Part shown: positions 54,156-64,000 of the stretch, in pieces | Position numbering within the stretch: the first letter of the stretch is position 1 | How the letters are laid out: the number at the start of each line of letters is the position of its first letter | NCBI GenBank assembly: GCA_964016885.1 | Contig: OZ024743.1 | Coordinates: 9,424,001 to 9,488,000 of the forward strand | DNA: 64,000 nucleotides | Reading direction: 5' to 3' | Origin: Eledone cirrhosa | Taxonomy: Eukaryota | Notes under the pieces: generated by a model | What the model was told of the DNA's origin: nothing | What the model saw: the letters and a program-made list of their open reading frames with translations, nothing else | Databases searched by the model: none | Position numbers and translations under genes: made by a program

Positions 54156-55499
54156 ATATAGAGTATATAAAAGGAAAACAAGTTACTATTAAATCAGTCA
54201 CACACAGTACACCAGGACCGACCACAAACAATTATATGTTTGTGTGTATGATAACAGTCTTGCTTAGCTAGATGTACGTATGTATGCATGTACGTGTTTA
54301 TATATGTATGCAAGTATTTACCTATGTATTATGTATGTATATATGTATGTTCATAATGTATGTTCATATGTATGTATATGTGTATGTTCTTCTGGTTTCA
54401 TAATTTTATAAAGTTTTACCAATAAAGAGAGAATCGATTTCTAACTCAGTCACAAAACTCTTTCATTGGAATTTAGAAAACAACAAGTAGGTAGATATGT
54501 CTGCATGTCTGCATGCCTGCGTGTGTGTGAAGGTATGGATGTTATTGCATTTGTGGATGTGTATGGTTTGAGTTAAATGTGTGCATGTGCATATATTTTG
54601 TATCTGTACCTATCTACATGAAGTTTTATGTATGTATGTATGTATGTATGTATGTATGTATGTATGTATGTATGTATGTATGTATGTATGTATGTATGTA
54701 TGTGTGTATGTATGTATGTGTGTATGTAGTTATGTAGATATGTATGTATGTAAACAAGTATAAAAGAATTCTTCCTTAATAATATTGCTTTTATCTTCTG
54801 ATCGTTCTCACCAATCTAATCTCAAGGTTTCACGCACGACATTGTAGAGTTCACCTGGGACTATAGCCCCAGAAGTAATGGCATTGATGGTAGTGATCTA
54901 TTTTTGGAATGTGACGCGAATATCTGGAGGTCTCATCTTATCAACATCAAGGCATTTTCGGAGCTTAATGGCGTTATAATTTCTCCCTGTTAGCTTCATC
55001 ACTAAATGCCTTTTTGCCCTCACCAAACTGAGGTCATACACACACCCACTACATCACATAGAACGGATATTACAGAAATAATATGAAGTGAAATAATATT
55101 CATGTGAAGTTTGCTAACAACTACATAATCGATTAAGGGCCACTGTCTGCAATTTGGGTGTATCTATATTGTGACATATCCCCCTTTATGCTTGAAGCGC
55201 AGGCTGGAATCAGTAAACAGCTCCGGTAAAATCAGGCTATTAGTCTTAGATTTTACAACTCCATATCTTCCGTGAAACTCTTGGAACTGTTACGGCAAAA
55301 TTTTAGGTTGGTTTCATGAGAATAATCAGTAGAGAAATGTAATATTGTTAAGGAAGAATGTTATCAGGAAGCAAATATTGCAAGAAGGCTTATCAAAAGA
55401 AAGATCTCAACTAGAAGAAAGTTTTTAAAAGGCTAAGCCGTAAATTGTGTTACATGCTACAGAATTGATGGTGAAAACTTGCATGTGATATGCAGACAA

Positions 55500-55960
55500 C
55501 AGCTGACACAAGGAATTCAAAGGAACTCTGTAATTTGATGAAACTATCCTTTGGACCAGTATCCACAGAGATAACACTAATGGTTTATTAAATAGAGATT
55601 TTCATGTAGATCAAAACCTTAACAATATACAACAGAGGCCCAGAATCTTTTATCTTAATGGTTTTCCTGGCCTATGAGAAGTAATTATTAGCATTAAGAA
55701 ACTTTATTTAGGTAAAACTGCATTTAGGTAAGGTTGGAATTTTCGCTGAGATTTTCAGATTTGGCGATAAAAAATCTAGGAGAAATGATGCATGAATTTA
55801 TTTTAGAAATATGTTAAAGGAATGAATGATTGGAAAGATGTAATAATTATTCCTTTATACAAGACTAAATTCCTATAGGGCGGAGTGCTCAAAACTCAAA
55901 GGAGTCCATATGTTCCCATATTTGGGAAGTAGAATTAAACAATACTGCACATTAGATAAT
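55500..55960 (+). mobile_element. Highly decayed RTE-like pre-RT fragment
   Basis: Remnants EVIISIKKL, GIFAEIFRFG and WKDVIIIPLYK. Confidence 0.5.
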
Positions 55961-56879
55961 AAAATAGCTTTCCGCATCAAAACTTTGATCGATGGTTTTC
56001 CTAGCTAGTCATAGCCTATGTCGTTGGAACCGGAGGGGGAATTAGAAGAGAGACAAAAATTACCATATACAACCCATGTAATCTGTCAATTCTCTCGTAT
56101 TCCTATGAGGTACGGGTTGTTTGTTGCGGCCACATTTAATTCCTCGACCGGTTTCACTAATATTGCCTCCGTAACATTTTTATTCACTCCAAAACTCACA
56201 CCACTGACACTATAATATTAGAAAATGCTGGTTATTTCAGTATCGACGCTAGTTAGGTCATGTTGTTAGATCTCGTGACACTAGAATCCCAAATCAAGTC
56301 CTGAGAAATAGATTGCTGGGAGGTAGATAAAATGCTCACTGGGCATTAGATTGAATCAAGTGGCACACCAGTATAGCTAATTGTGTCAGAAATTTTCATG
56401 AATCTTCATTGCAGTCGGCTAACATTTAGCGTGCAACTAAGAACGGCCAAAATGGGAAATGCTCTATACCTTAGTTTGTTCGCAATGTAAGCGGCCAAAC
56501 ATGCCTATCAAATGGTCGCTATGCACGTCATCTATGTAAACAGGTAGAAATGCTAGACGTTGAATATGAACAATTCCTTGTTGCCGATTTGTCACGTACG
56601 TATTGCAAATAATTCTGAAATATATCAGGACTTACAGGGCGCTCAAAATACATCATTCCAAAATACATCATTATGGTCCGGATCAAGCCTAAGATCCAAA
56701 TGGGGAAGGGTAAAATACATTTTATGTAACAAAATAGGCAAGTTCTTAACAAGATTTAAAAACTACTGCATGGCTCACAACCACCGATAGAATATATAAT
56801 TTGTCAGTCAAATGTATGTATGCATGTATGTATGTATGTAAGTATATATGTATGTATTTTAGGGCGGGTAAAATTCCCG

Positions 56880-57190
56880 AGATACATGGATGAGTTCTAT
56901 CCAGCGGTCTCTGTCCCTCATTATCGCTGCCATGTCCTGCGTCTCCAACAGACAGGTGGCAGTACTTACTTAGGGCATCAACATACCTTAACCTTGGTCT
57001 TCCTCTTCCAGTGTGTCAATGTAGGGGCTCCCACAGGAGCACTGAGTGCAATGTCAACTCTGGATGTCGGTGAGCATGTCCAGCTAACCTCAGTCTCCTC
57101 TGTGTCACTTTTGAGTTGACTTTTGGGAGGCTCCCATACAGCTCTGACTTTTTCATCCTCAGTGTATACTGATTAATGTTCAGAGCCATA
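56880..57190 (-). mobile_element. RTE-like LINE C-terminal fragment
   Basis: Minus strand LAGHAHRHPEL..VLLWEP..GRGRPRLRYVDAL and MRDRDRW. Confidence 0.7.
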
Positions 57191-57739
57191 GGTATGTGTT
57201 TATGTATTTATGTATGCATTTATATATATATATATATATACATATATGTTTGTGTGTGTGTGTGTGTGCCAAATATGCGCACCTTCACCTACATATATGC
57301 AACAACTATAAATACATGAAATATATGAATTCATAAAAAATGGCATATATAAAAATATATTAATAAAACATAATAAATAATAATTAAGTGAACATTTAAA
57401 ACCCAACATAGAGAAACCAATGTACATAAATGAATGAAATACGACAGATTTTATATTTGCAATGATTATTTACACGAGGAATTAGTTGCATGTAGTTTGC
57501 CAGCTAGTTACATTTGGAAACTATAAATTATTCATTGTATTGACATTTAAAATGTTTCTTCTGTACAATCAGCATTTTATGGCGATTGCAACTTTGTACC
57601 GAAGTGAAAAAAAAATTGAAGTAAAAATTTACACTTATTAAAGATTTTCTTACCAAAACTTTGAACAAGAGTTATTTCTAGAAGCTGAAGAATATAAGAA
57701 AAATGACAAACAATACTTCTCAGAACTCTATTTCAGGTT

Positions 57740-57935
<196 letters not shown>

Positions 57936-58394
57936 GAAATGAAAACCGAAACCCTTTGCACAAAATATATGTTTGTGATTTATTGTCAGTGAAGAATTTG
58001 ATATATGGCTATGGTAATTCCATGGCTGTTTGAATAGATAATATTTTCAGATATAACTACTTCACATACCAAAATAGGCTTATAGACGCCTCTTCAATTT
58101 TTTCTTTACAAACTAAATATTTAGACCGTGTTAATACTGTTGGGATGAAAATATTAACATATTTCAAAGATATATATCTTTACTTCTAAAATTTAACAAT
58201 ATATGCTAGATGTCTCATATGAAATACATAGAAATCTTTGCCTATAGTGTTATTTATAATTTTAATTTAATTTCCTCAAATATTAAAAGGCAAAATGAGA
58301 AGTATCATTTCATTGTTTGTTTCACTAGATATACACAAACAGACACTCATATATATGAATATCTATATAACAAAGAGGCAGACAGACATACAGA

Positions 58395-58448
<54 letters not shown>

Positions 58449-58780
58449 CATATTCCGAAGAGATTGTTTTGGTAAAAACAGAATCAAGTAGGCGAATGCT
58501 ACCAACATTCGTAGGTTGTAGTTATGATGGCGATTAGTATAAAATAACAAAAATAAAAATGTTGATGTTACATAAATCGTTTAATCATTATAGTTGTTTC
58601 ATATTTCAACGATTCTCCCATGCAATCAAGAAGTCGTTCATGCATTTCTTGTTGTTATGAGAACGGTGTCCTCAGATGAATCCGATTTAGTGATATGCTG
58701 CGGGTAGGAAAGAACACACGTCCTTCTGCTCGTTTGTCCAGCAGACATATGTGTCCCTATATATATATATATATATAGGA

Positions 58781-58933
<153 letters not shown>

Positions 58934-59099
58934 ATATATATGTATGTATATATATATGTATATATGTAGATAAATCTACCAAGAGTTTACGGTAGTGTCC
59001 AATCCGTATGAAGAACTCAATGTAATCCGGATATCATGGAAAGAAGAGATGCAATGAAAAATCACTTTCGGTGAAAGATAAACGGAATACAGAGTCAAG

Positions 59100-59379
59100 A
59101 TAAAATATTAAAAAAATAATGAATAAAACAATGAAACAGTTCCTTATATTAAACAAAAAAAGTTCATTATTTCTGAAGACGGCATATATATGAGTTGGTA
59201 TGTATATTTAATTTTGATAGTTTGTATAATTTTGTATAATTTTGTACATAGATCTGTTAAATATACATGCCAATTCTAACACATATATATCCCAGAAACG
59301 ATCGTTAAATAATGAACTTTTTTTGTTTAATATAAGGAACTGTTTCATTGTTTTATTCATTATTTTTTTAATATTTTAT
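59100..59379 (+). ncRNA. Hammerhead ribozyme closed by a ~72-bp inverted repeat as stem I
   Basis: Arms 59100-59172 and 59307-59379; CTGAAGA at 59173; long stem II; GAAA at 59295; C-GATC-G; GUU triplet. Confidence 0.72.
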
Positions 59380-60840
<1,461 letters not shown>

Positions 60841-62100
60841 CACCTCTCGGCCAGAGCTCCCTCAAGCTATATGGGCAATAACAACACCCTACGTTGTGAA
60901 CTCCCCTCAAGCCACAGGGAACAACCCAGGCGTAGCAGACACCATGATAGCCTAGAGATAGAATCGGACACAGCCATAATAATTTGGCCAACATCTATAA
61001 CACAAACACTTTTAATTTACCAGATTTCTGACTTTCAAGTTCCAATCTTAAATCTTGATTTCTCTTTATTAATTTGTTATTTGTTTTCTGCCCTCTTCAC
61101 TGTATCACCTTATATTTATTTTAAGTTGAGATAGATTATAACACAAACACATTTAGTTTGAATATCTCATCTTAACATCTTGTCTCATACCAATCTATCC
61201 AACATATTCTGACCTTGAGATTGGTTATAGCACACACACACACACACACACTTTATCCTACATTATTTCTCACTTCTCCATATGCATTTTCATTACTTTT
61301 TCACCAATCTCTCATTTATTCTTTATTCTTTATTCACTATTTATTTATTTATTTTCAAATTATACAAATTATATTAATTATTTTATTATATTATTTATTT
61401 ATTTTCTGTTTTCTTCATTTATTGCCTTATATTTCTTCATATACATGGAATAACCCCCCCACCACCACCACCACTACGATGGTGGCGGGAGGGATGAAGA
61501 AAAAACACAAACTGGATACTTCTAAATTGTTAGCAGCAGCAAGATATAAGCTGACCACTACACCAACAACACTATAAATGATAGAGGTCAAATGTACTGA
61601 ACAATAGCAGGCAAAAACACTACGGGGAGCCTCACCCCAGAAAGAATTCTATAGACGTCTGACTGAGGAATGCTCTCAGAACTGACCAATGGGAAGTTTG
61701 ACACTTTTTTTGTTATTTTTGTTCCTTTAACACCTTGTCCCTTCTACCATTTTATCAATTTTTAAGCTAATTCCAACAATAACAACACTTAGAATGAGGA
61801 ATGTTCTAATAAATGACCAATGAGAGGAGAAGGGGACCTTTGACACTGAAATTCGTTTGTTAGAATTCATATGACCCCAGTTCCTCAGTGAATTAACAAC
61901 CGAACAAGGAACTGGGCATATCAGAGTATTGACAATATTATACACCTAAACAACATATGTACTTGTCTCTACCATACTAATTCAAACTGCCTGAAGAGGT
62001 CACAGCCAAAGATGGCTGTCACTGAAATATATATAGCAGTAATAAACGAAGCTAAATTTTAATCATTTGACTTTTATTTAACTTTATTTATTTATATATT
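60841..62100 (+). mobile_element. (TA)n-embedded non-coding 3' part of a Penelope-like element ending in a hammerhead
   Basis: Bounded by TA tracts; HHR and AATAAA near the 3' end, as in 40461-43865. Confidence 0.6.
61986..62040 (+). ncRNA. Type I hammerhead ribozyme
   Basis: ACTGC-CTGAAGA-GGTC-ACAGCCA-AAGA-TGGCTGT-CACT-GAAA-T-ATAT-A-TA-GCAGT, followed by AATAAA. Confidence 0.85.
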
Positions 62101-62106
62101 TATATA

Positions 62107-62186
<80 letters not shown>

Positions 62187-62486
62187 CAAATAACGAAACG
62201 AAATTAAATTTCGTTTCGTTTGTAACTCACTTTTGTATGACTGACGCTTAAACAATTAAGTTAAAAATGTACATCCACATATGTATACTGAAATACTAGT
62301 ATGCATATGAATACACACACGTGTACATATGTAGATGTACCGAGTTTTTCACTGGACACTTTACTGTGAGTGTCCAGCTATTTAAGCGTCAGTCATACAA
62401 AAGTGAGTTACAAACGAAACGAAATTTAATTTCGTTTCGTTATTTGTTTTTATCGTCTCCGCTGAACCGGTACGTACTCACGCTCT

Positions 62487-62534
62487 ATGCAAATTAGTCT
62501 GCCCACTACTAATTTTCATAGAAAAAGCATATAA
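62487..62534 (+). promoter_or_regulatory. Candidate snRNA-type promoter cassette: octamer ATGCAAAT, PSE-like TAATTTTCATAG, TATA-like
   Basis: Same motifs at almost the same spacing recur at 63149-63196. Confidence 0.5.
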
Positions 62535-62571
62535 CGATATGTGCTTTTACGATTCTCTAGAAAGGCCGGAA

Positions 62572-62631
62572 GATAGGTAAATATTGCTGATGAGATGTAA
62601 CAACATCGAAACTAGTCCAATATTCCTTGTC
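62572..62631 (+). ncRNA. Full type I hammerhead ribozyme
   Basis: AATATTG-CTGATGA-GATGT-AACA-ACATC-GAAA-C-TA-G-TC-CAATATT; GUC triplet; stem I extends past a bulge (GATAGG/CCTTGTC). Confidence 0.92.
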
Positions 62632-62845
62632 TGGCTTTCTGGAGAATAGAGGAAAGGTGTTTCCTCGAAAACCAGTATGATTCTAAAAACCGGTTTGTCT
62701 GTGTGTTTACATACAGAATAGCTGGACACTCACAGTAAAGTGTCCAGTGAAAAACTCGGTACATCTACATATGTACACGTGTGTGTATTCATATGCATAC
62801 TAGTATTTCAGTATACATATGTGGATGTACATTTTTAACTTAATT

Positions 62846-62896
<51 letters not shown>

Positions 62897-63148
62897 AATA
62901 GAATGAAAACGAAATTTCATTTCTCACTCTTAGTACGGCACTTACTTAAATGTAAGTATGTATGTATACGTACATACATATATGTATACAGACGTACAGT
63001 AGCATGCATATATATATATATACATACAGGTACACATAAATATATGTACGTATCAGTTTAGCGTACTAAGAGTGAGAAATGAAATTTCGTTTTCATTCTA
63101 TTACAACTTATCGTTTTCGATGCGCCTGGCCGACTGAACTCACTCGAT

Positions 63149-63196
63149 ATGCAAATTAGGCTGCTCAGCCATTAGTTTTCATAAGGAAAGTATATA
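63149..63196 (+). promoter_or_regulatory. Candidate snRNA-type promoter cassette, second copy
   Basis: ATGCAAATTAGGCTGC..TAGTTTTCATAAGGAAAGTATATA. Confidence 0.5.
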
Positions 63197-63217
63197 CTTT
63201 CGAACATTCAACCATCT

Positions 63218-63282
63218 GGCAGAAGGGTATACGGTGCTGATGATAGCTAAGAAGCTTGAAACAAGTACATCGTTCCTGTGTC
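63218..63282 (+). ncRNA. Full type I hammerhead ribozyme
   Basis: ACGGTG-CTGATGA-TAGCT-AAGA-AGCTT-GAAA-C-AA-G-TA-CATCGT; GUA triplet; stem I extends past a TAT bulge (AGGG/TCCT). Confidence 0.85.
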
Positions 63283-63434
63283 AGTGTTGAACAAAAAGGT
63301 GACGTGGTTGCCTTAACACCGTACGGCATAAATTCAGGCTGTCTGTTTGTTTACTAACGGACAAAGCGGGCGTTATAATAAACGTCCGCTAAACTGATAC
63401 GTACATATATGTATGTGTACCTGTATGTATGTAT

Positions 63435-63499
<65 letters not shown>

Positions 63500-63690
63500 A
63501 TCAAAAGATGGTTAAAGGAGTTCCATGTATTTTATTATGCGCATTTCAAAAACAAACATCATCATGCAATAATATTTGTGTTTTCATCAGATAAAACAGG
63601 AGAACATGATATGAAGTCTAAAAAACACTTGTGGATAGTGCAGTTTTAAATCAACATATGAAAAGTGGTTTTAGATTGATGTGTGATATT

Positions 63691-64000
63691 GGGAAAAATA
63701 TTTTATTTAGAGAGGGGGGGTGGAAAGGATGAAAAAGGGGAGGAGATGAGAGGGAGAGATGGGTGATAGAGAGAAAGAGATAGTTTTTATAACTGAGAGG
63801 AGATATATTGTTTTACATAGAGAGGTTGAAAACCGTTGGAAGATAATGTATAAATTAAAAACATTTTGAAAATTAACGAAGGGAGGATATGTGCGAGGAA
63901 AAAATATTTTATTTAGGGAGGGGGGTGGGGTGGAAAGGATGAAAAAAGGGGGAGGAGATGAGAGTGAAGGTGGTGAGGGAGAGATGGGTGATAGAGAGAA
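63691..64000. repeat. Purine-rich tandem duplication, period about 205 bp, runs off the window
   Basis: GGAAAAATATTTTATTTAG..GGTGGAAAGGATGAAAAA..GGAGGAGATGAGAG..GGGAGAGATGGGTGATAGAGAGAA occurs twice. Confidence 0.75.

Larger units (their letters stand above)
62182..62850. mobile_element. Retrozyme-like element 1: 466-nt unit on the plus strand (62381-62850) plus an inverted junction-spanning copy (62182-62382)
   Basis: 62182-62250 is the reverse complement of 62383-62452; 62247-62382 is the reverse complement of about 62717-62850; (TA)n on both sides. Confidence 0.8.
62891..63430. mobile_element. Retrozyme-like element 2: ~450-nt unit with the same inverted architecture
   Basis: 62894-62937 is the reverse complement of 63062-63105; about 63020-63061 is the reverse complement of 63389-63430; flanked by TA tracts. 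Confidence 0.78.

Overview
AT-rich, microsatellite-dense eukaryotic DNA with no convincing host protein-coding gene. The tRNA-derived SINE families suggest an octopod cephalopod (inference). The window holds decayed retroelements (R4/Dong, Tx1/L1, CR1-like, RTE, CRE-like, Penelope-like), many SINEs, two MITEs and a 164 x 34-bp minisatellite that appears to have amplified from inside a Tx1 ORF2. The main signal is about a dozen hammerhead ribozyme (HHR) motifs, mostly in elements inserted into (TA)n tracts and often arranged head-to-head with both 3' ends facing outward. Two adjacent, divergent non-coding elements of about 450-470 nt (62182-62850 and 62891-63430) each carry an octamer/PSE-like/TATA-like cassette, a full type I hammerhead and covarying hairpins. 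Their inverted parts show end-to-start junctions, which points to circular or multimeric RNA templates. They are candidate cephalopod retrozymes, probably mobilised by Penelope-like RT/GIY-YIG machinery, of which remnants lie at 40.5-43.9 kb and 4.6-5.5 kb. All calls were made by eye; no searches or folding programs were run.
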